Below the pieces are notes generated by a model. It did no database searches, was not told the origin of the DNA, and was given only the letters and a program-made list of their open reading frames with translations. Of a stretch of DNA of 34,653 nt, positions 7,929 through 16,879 are shown piece by piece (position 1 is the first letter of the stretch; each line of letters opens with the position of its first letter). The DNA lies in IMG/VR virus record IMGVR_UViG_3300020045_004995, positions 1-34,653 of that record. One strand, 5' to 3'. Both the position numbers and the translations under genes were made by a program. This DNA is from a virus. Taxonomy: Duplodnaviria; Caudoviricetes.

Positions 7929-9429
7929 TACAAATGCTGGTTCCCCCTCAGTTACCCCAAATTTAGGGATCAACCAACCAAATAGGGATGGTATCAATGC
8001 TAACGCATTGGCGAATACTAACAATGCAAATAAAGTGATGATTGACACGTTGAAAGGCATTGAAGCCAAACTTGGCAATATTACAAATCTTAAAACCAAT
8101 GTACAAAGTTCAATCTTTGAAGCGTTTGGTAATAACTTCATGACCCGTTCAACATCAGCTTTGATTGATGGGGTAGAAAGTGCTTTGGATAAATTCTTTG
8201 AAACACCAGAAGAAGTAAAGGAAGACCCAATTGTAGAAATTCTGAAAGGGCATACTGAACTTCTTACCCTTCAGAAAGACACATCCCTAAAATTATTGGA
8301 AAATTCAATGTCATCCAATAATAAACTTGATGCTGACTTGATTTCAGTTTCAAACATTATGGGGGAACAATCAAAAAAGTTTGATACGTTGATTGAGCTA
8401 ATGACCGAAATATTCTCAGGCGCATTAGAACATTCAAAAGCAGATGATACTGATCCATTACCAACAATTGGGGAAATAACAACAAACGAAATTCCAAATT
8501 CATTCAATGTGACTACCCCAAGTTCAGAAATCATTCAGAATGAAGCATCTGTAACCCCTGAAGTCACTAAAGCAGATACACCAATATCTGATATCAAACC
8601 AACATCATTCGTTTCTATGGAAGTAATGAATGAGTCGATGAATGATTTAGAAAATGATAAAAAACCAACAAAATCAACACAATTCTTATCTGATATTCTA
8701 AAACGTTTGACAGAAATGGCTGCTACGTTAAAATCTATGTCAGGGCCATTGAGTACCCAAGAATCTGATCTTGAATCAAAAAGAAAGGCTGAATTTATTG
8801 GCTCCATTAAACCCAATACTACAAATGCTTCTTCTTTGTTAGATGAAGCTGAATCTCCTGCCCCAAAATCAGAGGGTAATTCTATGGTTGAAAATGCTTT
8901 AGGGGCTGCTGGTCTGTGGGCAACAACAAAGGGAGTATTATCTAAAGGGAAGAATTTAGTTAAGGGGATTGGGGTCGGAAAACTTTCAATTGGAGGAATT
9001 CTTGGGGGGGCAGCATTAGATTATGGATCGGAACAACTAAAAGAAGCAGGACACGAAAAATCTGCTGCTGCAACATCGGTGCTATCCAATGCTGTTGGGG
9101 GCGCATCTTTAGGGGCTACCCTTGGTAGTGTTGTTCCTGGGATTGGAACTGGAATTGGGGCTGCTGTTGGGGGCGCAATTGGAACTGGGGTTGGTTTATG
9201 GGATAATCGGGAAACAATCTTTAGCAAGTCTGTTGAACCCAAAGCAGACGAAATCGAACAAAAACAAAAAGAAATTTTAGAAACCGAAAATAAAAAAGCT
9301 AAAGAAAGTGTTACAATTGCCCCAACAAACAACACAGTGAACAACAATACAACTGTTTTACCAACAAGAACAGTTGTAAAGAATCAAGAAGTGAGTTACA
9401 ATCGCTACTTAGATTCAGTTTTAGCTTAA
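7915..9429 (+). CDS. Probable baseplate hub / tail tape-measure protein (gp29-like)
   Basis: Follows gp26/gp51. Long low-complexity helical protein with a Gly-zipper segment (GASLGATLGSVVPGIGTGIGAAVGGAIG) and an N/T-rich C-terminus. Confidence 0.55.
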   Translation: MVLPNTNAGSPSVTPNLGINQPNRDGINANALANTNNANKVMIDTLKGIEAKLGNITNLKTNVQSSIFEAFGNNFMTRSTSALIDGVESALDKFFETPEEVKEDPIVEILKGHTELLTLQKDTSLKLLENSMSSNNKLDADLISVSNIMGEQSKKFDTLIELMTEIFSGALEHSKADDTDPLPTIGEITTNEIPNSFNVTTPSSEIIQNEASVTPEVTKADTPISDIKPTSFVSMEVMNESMNDLENDKKPTKSTQFLSDILKRLTEMAATLKSMSGPLSTQESDLESKRKAEFIGSIKPNTTNASSLLDEAESPAPKSEGNSMVENALGAAGLWATTKGVLSKGKNLVKGIGVGKLSIGGILGGAALDYGSEQLKEAGHEKSAAATSVLSNAVGGASLGATLGSVVPGIGTGIGAAVGGAIGTGVGLWDNRETIFSKSVEPKADEIEQKQKEILETENKKAKESVTIAPTNNTVNNNTTVLPTRTVVKNQEVSYNRYLDSVLA

Positions 9430-9445
9430 CCAAAGAAAATACATT

Positions 9446-10474
9446 ATGGCATTTAAAACGTGGAAAAAGATTAAAGAACAACCAAAGTTGGTATCTTCCT
9501 CATTTGCTTATGCGAATGATGACTATATTGAATATGTGAAAGCAAAATTTGTTCAGGATCATAGGGAAAAGAAACATTCAATTATTTCAATGCAAGTTGA
9601 AATCACGATTGATGCAAAAACTTTTGATACTTGGGTTCTGAATAAAGGATTCCAGAAGACTTCTATTTCTAAATCTGATTTTGTGTATGAATCAGATGAT
9701 GGTAAACTCATGTTTGAGTTTGAAAATAAGAAATGGAATCTTCGGGTTAAAGCAATTGGTATTCCTGAGTCTGTAAAAGCATTAGAAGAAGAAATTAAGA
9801 AAAAGTTTACCGTTAATCCATGCTATATCAAATGGATTTATGATCCTCAGTATCTTGAATCGATTACTATTCCTTTGGATTTCACCAATCTTCCTTGTGA
9901 TGAAATGTATCCATTCATGAATGAATCACTGACATCATATTATGATCGGTTCATGAAATCTCGTTCAAATATTCTTATTTTAATTGGGCCTCCTGGAACT
10001 GGCAAAACAACTTTTATTCGAGGTCTATTAGCTCATACTAAGAAATCTGCTGCGTTGACATATCATCCAGAAATTTTGAAACAAGATGCATTCTATGTGG
10101 ACTTCTTCCAGTCAAAAGAATCATTTTTGGTCATGGAAGATGCTGATCTATTATTGCTTCCAAGGTCAGATGGAAATTCTATGATGTCTCTGTTATTGAA
10201 TACTGGTGATGGATTGATTTCAGTTCAGGGAAAGAAACTGATCTTTTCAACAAATCTTTCATCTCATGTTGAAATGGATGATGCCATTACAAGGGCTGGA
10301 CGAGCATTTGATATTCTTTCATTTCGCCCTTTAGATAGGGATGAAGCAAAAGTTGTTGCCAATAAGTTTGATCATGAACTTGGGAATGGTTCTTCATTTA
10401 CTTTGTCAGAAATTTTTGCGGCAAAGAACAATGTAGTTCCATCAAACAATAGGTCAAAATTTGGGTTCATGTGA
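9446..10474 (+). CDS. AAA+ ATPase
   Basis: Walker A GPPGTGKT, Walker B LVMEDAD, sensor STN and arginine finger RAGR. Confidence 0.88.
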   Translation: MAFKTWKKIKEQPKLVSSSFAYANDDYIEYVKAKFVQDHREKKHSIISMQVEITIDAKTFDTWVLNKGFQKTSISKSDFVYESDDGKLMFEFENKKWNLRVKAIGIPESVKALEEEIKKKFTVNPCYIKWIYDPQYLESITIPLDFTNLPCDEMYPFMNESLTSYYDRFMKSRSNILILIGPPGTGKTTFIRGLLAHTKKSAALTYHPEILKQDAFYVDFFQSKESFLVMEDADLLLLPRSDGNSMMSLLLNTGDGLISVQGKKLIFSTNLSSHVEMDDAITRAGRAFDILSFRPLDRDEAKVVANKFDHELGNGSSFTLSEIFAAKNNVVPSNNRSKFGFM

Positions 10475-10537
10475 TTTTGAAGTAACTGGTAAAATCTTCA
10501 AATTTTTTTAATTGATTACCGAAAGAAAGAAAATATT

Positions 10538-10852
10538 ATGTCAGAAAAAGAATTGAATTTTGATGATTCAAACGAAGATCAAGGTTTTGGTTTCATTATG
10601 CCTTCATCTGAAGCAGATCGAAAGATCATTATGGATGCAATGCAAGAAATTTCCCATGCAAAATCTCGAATGGAAGGAGAACAAACTTTTGTGAAGGAAG
10701 CAATTTCTGAACTGGTTGATAAGTTCAAGATTCCTAAACGTCTTCTGAATCGATTTGCTAAGGCATATCATCGTCAGACATACACAGAAGAACTTGGTCA
10801 AAATTCAGATTTTGAACATATGGTTGAAATTTTGGTTAAGACTCAAGATTAG
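10538..10852 (+). CDS. dsbA: T4 DsbA-like double-stranded DNA-binding protein
   Basis: Pattern QEISHAKSRME...KFKIPKRLLNRFAKAYHRQ...F..MVE and a location near rnh, as in T4. Confidence 0.7.
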   Translation: MSEKELNFDDSNEDQGFGFIMPSSEADRKIIMDAMQEISHAKSRMEGEQTFVKEAISELVDKFKIPKRLLNRFAKAYHRQTYTEELGQNSDFEHMVEILVKTQD

Positions 10853-10854
10853 TT

Positions 10855-10890
10855 GTGCTATAATTCCTTATCAGCAACAAATAAGGAATT
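10855..10890 (+). promoter_or_regulatory. Extended -10 promoter overlapped by an RBS-sequestering inverted repeat
   Basis: TGCTATAAT (TATAAT 10859-10864) with a perfect 10-bp inverted repeat AATTCCTTAT(10862)/ATAAGGAATT(10881). Confidence 0.65.
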
Positions 10891-10893
10891 CAA

Positions 10894-11052
10894 ATGTTTA
10901 GCGTCAATTATGATCTGAAGGGAACTTTTTCAATGTCTTTTTCTATCAAGGCATCTACCCCCGAAGAAGCCCGTAAAATTGCAGATGGTTGGATTAAAGT
11001 AGAAGCTGCTGGTTATAAGATTAAGAAAGTAACAGTTCGGAAAACTTCTTAA
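10894..11052 (+). CDS. Small hypothetical protein (52 aa, not in the ORF track)
   Basis: MFSVNYDLKGTFSMSFSIKASTPEEARKIADGWIKVEAAGYKIKKVTVRKTS*, with an AAGGA SD and its own promoter. Confidence 0.7.
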   Translation: MFSVNYDLKGTFSMSFSIKASTPEEARKIADGWIKVEAAGYKIKKVTVRKTS

Positions 11053-11660
11053 TCTGGTTTAAACTTGAACAAGGCAGATTCTGTTTTAACTTTATTTAAA
11101 TAATCGATATTAGTTTTTCCTTTTTTAAAGTTGGTTATTCCTAGATTGTAGGCTTGGATAGCAGCATCTTTTGATCCAAGTTTCTTGTAATACGAATGAA
11201 GAATATCTGCCCCATGCTTGACTTGACCTTCAACAGTTGAAAGTTCAGCATGGGGTATATTCCAAATACCCGGTCGAATTTGGGTCAATCCTTTAGCAAC
11301 ATCATGTTTTAGTTTCCCACTTCGAGCATTTTCATTAAATGAACTTTCTGTTCCAATTAAGCCCAATAGATGATGTTGTTGGGGAAAATCAAGTTTAGCA
11401 TGTTTCACCACTGCTGATACGATTTCTGAAGCTTTGTCTTTAGTTATTGCTTTATACTTGTCAGTAATTTTTGATACATAACTTTGGGTAATTGCTGGAT
11501 CAAGGGTAACTGCCCCTCTTGATGTTCTCATTTCTTGAGAAGATGGAACATTAGTCATCATACTTGATGCTACTAAAGCAGTTCCAATAATAGTATTTGC
11601 AATCTTACCCTCTTCCAATTGATTAGAAGAAATTTGCTGGTATGCTTCGAAAATGTTCAT
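11049..11660 (-). CDS. Lytic transglycosylase (SLT domain), probably virion-associated
   Basis: LIGTESSFN (catalytic E), AKGLTQI and AIQAYNLG. The N-terminus MNIFEAY...QLEEG resembles prohead-protease-processed proteins. TAAATA lies at 11690-11685 on the - strand. Confidence 0.85.
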   Translation of the reverse strand: MNIFEAYQQISSNQLEEGKIANTIIGTALVASSMMTNVPSSQEMRTSRGAVTLDPAITQSYVSKITDKYKAITKDKASEIVSAVVKHAKLDFPQQHHLLGLIGTESSFNENARSGKLKHDVAKGLTQIRPGIWNIPHAELSTVEGQVKHGADILHSYYKKLGSKDAAIQAYNLGITNFKKGKTNIDYLNKVKTESALFKFKPD

Positions 11661-11710
11661 GTTTCTGATATAATAGTTATCGTATATTTAAACAACGCAA
11701 AGGACAAAGC

Positions 11711-12229
11711 ATGAAATTATTTTTAGACTTAGATGGGGTTCTTGTTGATCTTGAAAAGGGGTTAGAAGATCAACTGAACTACCATTTTCCCATCCTTCGA
11801 AACAAACAAGGTCAGACTGAAGTTGATGCCCTTTGGATCAATATTTTCATCAATCATCCAACTTTTTGGATTGATCTTCCTCTAATGGAACACGCGAAAG
11901 AACTTTATCAAAAAAGTCTTGAATTCTGTGATAAACCATTCATTCTTACTGCTTCCCCTGAAATCTATGGGGAAACCACTATGCACAGAATGTGTACAAC
12001 CCAAAAGAAATCATGGGTAGAAAAACACTTTGGAAAAGATCAAGCTAATCGAACGATTGTCACCAAAAGTAAAAAGAAACAAGAATATATCGGAAACTTT
12101 AATAAACATGATTATGTTCTGATTGATGATCATTCTGGTAATATCAATCGCTGGAATGCAGCAAAGGGAACCGGCATTCTTTACAAAGAACTAAATAGTA
12201 CCCTGAAACAATTGAAAGATGCTTCATAA
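11711..12229 (+). CDS. HAD-family 5'(3')-deoxyribonucleotidase-like protein
   Basis: FLDLDGVLVD, FW..LP, ILTAS, K..WVEKH and LIDD. Confidence 0.85.
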   Translation: MKLFLDLDGVLVDLEKGLEDQLNYHFPILRNKQGQTEVDALWINIFINHPTFWIDLPLMEHAKELYQKSLEFCDKPFILTASPEIYGETTMHRMCTTQKKSWVEKHFGKDQANRTIVTKSKKKQEYIGNFNKHDYVLIDDHSGNINRWNAAKGTGILYKELNSTLKQLKDAS

Positions 12230-13125
12230 TGGCTATTGTGGTTGATTATTCTGGGGTTGGGATTGCTGCTGTAACCGCTTGTGTTGAAGATTTGAAGATG
12301 GGGGAAGAACACCTAAAGACATTCATTCCAACAGTTATCATTTCATCCATTTTGAATATCAAGAAGAAGTTTTCTAAGGAATATGGGGAAGTGATTGTCT
12401 GTACTGATTCGTCCCCCTATTGGCGAACTGAAGTCTTTCCATATTATAAAATTGGAAGGGATGCCGCTAAAGAAAAATCTGATCTTCCATGGGAATTGAT
12501 TTATAAGTATCTGAATATCACTAAGATTGCCCTGAAAGAACATTTTCCATATAAGGTTCTGATGGTTCCCAAAGCAGAAGCTGATGATCTAATGGCGATT
12601 GTTGTTAGGGATATTATTCCCCAATTTGCTGTTCAAGAAGGATTGTTTTCTGAACCAGAAAAATGTCTGATTGTATCTAATGATAAAGATATGTCTCAGT
12701 TAATGTCTTTGGGTCACGTAAAGCAGTATAGTCCAAGAAAAAGGATGTATGCTAAGTTGGATTGTTCCGTTAAAGAATATTTGCGACGATTGATCTTAAC
12801 TGGTGACGCGGCGGATTTTATTCCCAACGTTTTTTCCCCAAATGATTCATTCTATACCAAGACAAGACAGAAAGCAGCAACTGAAAAAAAGATGCTTCCC
12901 TTTCTTGAGGCTAAAAATCTTCTTGAAGGAACTGATGATCCAATCATTAAGAAAAGAATCATCGAAAATAACCGTTTAGTTAACTTCAATGCTATCCCTT
13001 CATTCATAATCAATGATACAATTGATGCTTACAATATTGAACCAGTCGGTAATAAAATGTCGATGCTTAAATATTTTTCAGAAAATCGAATACGATTGCT
13101 TATGAACGAACTTGACAATTTTTAA
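12229..13125 (+). CDS. rnh: T4-like RNase H (5'-3' exonuclease)
   Basis: YWRTEVFPYYK, EADD, IVSNDKDMSQL and LTGDAADFIPNV. Confidence 0.92.
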   Translation: MAIVVDYSGVGIAAVTACVEDLKMGEEHLKTFIPTVIISSILNIKKKFSKEYGEVIVCTDSSPYWRTEVFPYYKIGRDAAKEKSDLPWELIYKYLNITKIALKEHFPYKVLMVPKAEADDLMAIVVRDIIPQFAVQEGLFSEPEKCLIVSNDKDMSQLMSLGHVKQYSPRKRMYAKLDCSVKEYLRRLILTGDAADFIPNVFSPNDSFYTKTRQKAATEKKMLPFLEAKNLLEGTDDPIIKKRIIENNRLVNFNAIPSFIINDTIDAYNIEPVGNKMSMLKYFSENRIRLLMNELDNF

Positions 13126-13137
13126 CAAAGGAAACCT

Positions 13138-13356
13138 ATGAAAAACATCGTAAATTTTAAATCTGGTATTCTGAAGTCTTATGTTGCATCTAATGGAGCA
13201 TTCATTCCTGCTGGGGATGATGTGGATATGTTTGTGGTGGATGAAGGCATCAAAAAGACAATCAAGATAGTGGATTATCACAAGACCAATACTGTTACGT
13301 TTCCGTTTGATGAAACTATTATTAAAACAATCCTGAAAGAACAAAATGAAGAATGA
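13138..13356 (+). CDS. Hypothetical protein
   Basis: AAGGA SD and operon-like spacing. Confidence 0.6.
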   Translation: MKNIVNFKSGILKSYVASNGAFIPAGDDVDMFVVDEGIKKTIKIVDYHKTNTVTFPFDETIIKTILKEQNEE

Positions 13357-13591
13357 TCTACAAAATGCCCTGAATGAAAACAAAACTGTTTCTGTTGTAT
13401 TCAGGACAAAGAAAGGAAGTTATCGAACGATGGATTGCACATCAAATCTTGCGTTCGTTCCTTTGGAACAACAAGATGGACGTTTGAATCCTGATCTAAA
13501 TCAACCGGGGGTAGCGTGTGTATACGATCACATGGTCCGTCAATGGAGGGCATTCCGATTTGATACTGTTGTTGATTGGAATATCATCTGA
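13346..13591 (+). CDS. WYL_2/DUF2693-like SH3-fold protein
   Basis: Pattern VVFRTKKGSYRTMDCT...VYD...WRAFR. Confidence 0.7.
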   Translation: MKNDLQNALNENKTVSVVFRTKKGSYRTMDCTSNLAFVPLEQQDGRLNPDLNQPGVACVYDHMVRQWRAFRFDTVVDWNII

Positions 13592-13797
13592 TGAAACACG
13601 ATTATCCCGAAGACTTTGAACAAAATAACGGACAGTATTTTCATATTTGCCCAATCTGTGGGTCTGAATTTATTGGTCATAAGTATCGTCGATGTTGCAA
13701 AGTATGTCTCGAAAAGACTACAAAAGCATTTGACGATCTGAGTCAAAAACAAAAAGACGATATTTATTCTGTTCTTGCTGAAAATCCAGAATTTTAA
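13591..13797 (+). CDS. Small zinc-finger protein
   Basis: CPICGSEFIGHKYRRCCKVC. The ATG overlaps the preceding TGA. Confidence 0.65.
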   Translation: MKHDYPEDFEQNNGQYFHICPICGSEFIGHKYRRCCKVCLEKTTKAFDDLSQKQKDDIYSVLAENPEF

Positions 13798-13842
13798 GGT
13801 TATAATTCATTCATCCAAATGAAACCGAAATATTTCGGTTTC
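13798..13842 (+). promoter_or_regulatory. Early-type promoter with perfect 22-bp palindrome in the leader
   Basis: TATAAT 13801-13806, then GAAACCGAAATATTTCGGTTTC at 13821-13842. Confidence 0.65.
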
Positions 13843-13861
13843 TCCTCAAAGGAACTTTAAA

Positions 13862-14107
13862 ATGACAACCATCAAACGATTTCCCAAAACAACCAAGTTC
13901 ATAGTTCAATCTGGTAACATCAGTATGTTTGCGACTGCAAATGCTATTCGTTCAGGACTTGGAACATCAACCAAGTTCAATGCAGCTACTCAAAAAGCAT
14001 TGGAAGCATTGGAACATATTCGTTCTGGTTCTGGTATTGCTGATCAATGTGCAGTTGGGGTGTGTGGTACTTGGGAAGGTCTGCAAATTCAAATTGACAA
14101 AATTTGA
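13862..14107 (+). CDS. Hypothetical early protein
   Basis: Promoter plus AAAGGAA SD. Confidence 0.7.
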   Translation: MTTIKRFPKTTKFIVQSGNISMFATANAIRSGLGTSTKFNAATQKALEALEHIRSGSGIADQCAVGVCGTWEGLQIQIDKI

Positions 14108-14145
14108 AATAATTTTTCGTTAGTCTTATTTTTAAAAGGTATATT

Positions 14146-16098
14146 ATGTTTAAATCGCTGAAATCAAAGGTAGATGCCCGATTCAATGAATTGGCTTCGG
14201 GGGAAATGTTTGTCGTAAGTCTTGAAAAGAATGAACTGTTCAATGCTTACATTGCTGCGTTGCCGGAAAATGAACGGGCTGAACATGTGTGTAATTGTTG
14301 CCGTCATTACTTGAATAACTATGGGGGTATCGTTGGGATCAAAGATGGTTCGCTTCAAACCCTATGGGATTTTGAAACTATTGCCCCATATGATAAGGTT
14401 CCAAAAGCATTGCGGGAACTGATCAAGTCTAAGCAAATATCAGGCGTATTTTTGTCTGATGTGCAAAAATTGGGGACTGATTTCAATCATCAGAAACTTG
14501 AAAATGGGGAAATAATCCGTTGGGATCACTTCTATACCGTTTTACCAAAGGGTAAGGTGATTAAGTCTGCTAAGTCGCTGGACACGATCCAAGGCGAATT
14601 CAGGGCTACCCGTGATGTATTCAAACGTTCATTGGAAACCATTTCTACTGAATCGACTGAAACTGTACTTGATTTGATTGCTCAGAATGCATTGTATCGG
14701 GGAAAAGAATCTGAATCAATGCTGCAAACATTCTTGAAACACCAGAAATCCCATAAGAAATCAAAAAATAAAGATTTGTATGTTTGGGCTAACTTCAAAG
14801 AAGGGGGTCGGGTTCGCAATACTGCTATCGGAACATTGCTGGTTGATTTGTCTGAAGGCAAAGAATTGGAAAAAGCTGTTCGATCATTTGAATCAATGGT
14901 AGCACCTGCTAACTACAAACGTCCAACTGCTTTGGTTACTGAAAAGATGATCAAACAAGCCCAAGAAACAATTGTTGAATTGGGTATTGAAATGTCCCTG
15001 CATCGTCGTCATGCAAACAAAGATGATATTCTTGTATCAAATTTGCTATATGTTAGTCGGGATTCAAAGGATATTTCCGTGTTTGACTCAATGAAGTCTG
15101 AAGTTCCTGTAAACATGAAGTCTTTTGCCCGTTCAAAAGAAATATCTTTGGATGATTTCATTAAAGATATCCTACCAACTGCTACGAAGATGGAATTGTT
15201 GTTGGAAAACAACAGTGCCTTCATGAGTTTGATTGCGCCCGAACATTCAACATCCCAAAATATGTTGGCATGGGATAATCCTATTTCATGGACTTATCAA
15301 AACAATATGACTGATGTGATCAAAGAAAAGGTCAAGAAGGCAGGGGGCGCGGTTGAAGGGGAATTGCGGGTTAGCTTGGAATGGTTCAATGATGATGACC
15401 TTGACTTGTATGTGACTGAACCAAACGGTAATACTATTTGCTTCACCTCAAAACGTTCCAATTATTCTGATGGATTTCTGGATGTTGATATGAATGTTGG
15501 GCATGGGTGCACTTCGCGTTTGCCTGTGGAAAACATTATTTTCAAGGGCAAATCAAAGATCATTGAAGGAAATTACACCGTTCGGGTGAACAACTATTCC
15601 AAACGGGAAAATGTTGATCTTGGATTTAACGTTGAAATTGAATGTCAAGGTAATGTCCATACATTAGCCCATCCAAAACCAGCAGTAGGTAATGAAGCTG
15701 TGGCAACATTTAACTATACGAAAAAAGATGGGATCACCAATTTTAAAACATCACTTTCTGAATCCCTGACTCAAAAAGAAGTTAATAAAGTTTTGACGAA
15801 TCGGTTCCAACCTGTTACGATGATGATGTATTCCCCGAACCATTGGACCAACAGTATTGGAAACAAACATGTATTCTTTATCATTGATAAAGCTAAGGTA
15901 GAAAATACATTGCGACCTTTCTTCAATGAATACCTGAAACCATCGCTTCAGGAGCATCGAAAGGTATTTGAAATTCTTGGTAGTAAGTTGATGGTAGAAG
16001 AATCGGAACAACAACTAACAGGAATCGGATTTTCCTTGACCCAAAAAAGTCAAGTGATCGTTCGGGTTAACAATTCAGTAATTAAAGTAAACATCTAA
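14146..16098 (+). CDS. Large conserved phage protein with YfaP/DUF2135-like domain
   Basis: N-terminal EHVCNCCRHY and the C-terminal pattern LRVSLEWFNDDDLDLYVTEP...LDVDMN...PVENI. Confidence 0.65.
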   Translation: MFKSLKSKVDARFNELASGEMFVVSLEKNELFNAYIAALPENERAEHVCNCCRHYLNNYGGIVGIKDGSLQTLWDFETIAPYDKVPKALRELIKSKQISGVFLSDVQKLGTDFNHQKLENGEIIRWDHFYTVLPKGKVIKSAKSLDTIQGEFRATRDVFKRSLETISTESTETVLDLIAQNALYRGKESESMLQTFLKHQKSHKKSKNKDLYVWANFKEGGRVRNTAIGTLLVDLSEGKELEKAVRSFESMVAPANYKRPTALVTEKMIKQAQETIVELGIEMSLHRRHANKDDILVSNLLYVSRDSKDISVFDSMKSEVPVNMKSFARSKEISLDDFIKDILPTATKMELLLENNSAFMSLIAPEHSTSQNMLAWDNPISWTYQNNMTDVIKEKVKKAGGAVEGELRVSLEWFNDDDLDLYVTEPNGNTICFTSKRSNYSDGFLDVDMNVGHGCTSRLPVENIIFKGKSKIIEGNYTVRVNNYSKRENVDLGFNVEIECQGNVHTLAHPKPAVGNEAVATFNYTKKDGITNFKTSLSESLTQKEVNKVLTNRFQPVTMMMYSPNHWTNSIGNKHVFFIIDKAKVENTLRPFFNEYLKPSLQEHRKVFEILGSKLMVEESEQQLTGIGFSLTQKSQVIVRVNNSVIKVNI

Positions 16099-16108
16099 AG
16101 GAAATAAA

Positions 16109-16480
16109 ATGTCAATTTTTGAACAAGCAACAAAATCAGCCCTTCGCTTCAAGGCAACAAATGGTCTTATCTCAACTGAAGATTTGTGGGGTCTGCAACT
16201 TACCCAATTGGATACGATTGCAAAAAGTCTCCGTAAGGAACTTCGGGAAGCCGATGATTCATTCATCGATACTAAATCATCAAATGATCAACTGGAATTG
16301 AAATTTGAGGTAGTGAAACATATCATCGCATCAAAAATTGCAGACCGAGATGCAAAAAATGTTGAACGTGATAAAGCAGCCCGAAAACAACAGATTCTTG
16401 GGGTGTTGGCTCAAAAGAAATCAGATTCTTTACAAAATATGTCTGTTGAAGCTTTGGAAGCCGAATTGACGAAGCTGTAA
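16109..16480 (+). CDS. Conserved coiled-coil phage protein, partner of the upstream gene
   Basis: MSIFEQA...LRF...G.ISTEDLW..L pattern, an SD, and a terminator downstream. Confidence 0.7.
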   Translation: MSIFEQATKSALRFKATNGLISTEDLWGLQLTQLDTIAKSLRKELREADDSFIDTKSSNDQLELKFEVVKHIIASKIADRDAKNVERDKAARKQQILGVLAQKKSDSLQNMSVEALEAELTKL

Positions 16481-16485
16481 TATTC

Positions 16486-16520
16486 CGAATACCCCTTTTA
16501 AAAGGGGCATTTCGTTTTAA
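16486..16520 (+). terminator. Rho-independent terminator
   Basis: Palindrome CCCCTTTTAAAAGGGG (16492-16507) with an extended CGAA/TTCG stem and a T-run. Confidence 0.65.
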
Positions 16521-16531
16521 TAAATACAAAT

Positions 16532-16852
16532 ATGACTATATGTAAAAAGGATGATATCGCTTTTGTAAAGAAGGCATTAAGACCAAAAAACATAGATAAA
16601 GTAGTAACAGTAAAGACTTATCTTGGGTATTATGAACGGGCTCAACCTTATGTCTGGAATGGGGAAACATTTCTTGCCTTTGATTCGGATGACCATTGGA
16701 TTATCGAATGTAATTCTGGCTTAGAAACTCAGTTTGGTTCAAGCCTTCAGGCAGTCATCATGGATTCTTGGCTATTCCCAATTCGCGGAGATGAACAAGA
16801 AGATTTTGAAGACAACAAAGAACTGATTGATGGAGACTTAGTAGACGCTTAA
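16532..16852 (+). CDS. Hypothetical protein
   Basis: ORF preceded by TAAATA (16521-16526). Confidence 0.65.
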   Translation: MTICKKDDIAFVKKALRPKNIDKVVTVKTYLGYYERAQPYVWNGETFLAFDSDDHWIIECNSGLETQFGSSLQAVIMDSWLFPIRGDEQEDFEDNKELIDGDLVDA

Positions 16853-16879
16853 AGGAACGACTAATAAATAAGGAGAATA

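Noticed and set aside
8890-9200. Recurring GGGGC/GGAACTGG units as a DNA repeat array or CRISPR
   Set aside because: They are explained by Gly-zipper codons in the 504-aa protein, and there is no constant repeat-spacer period.
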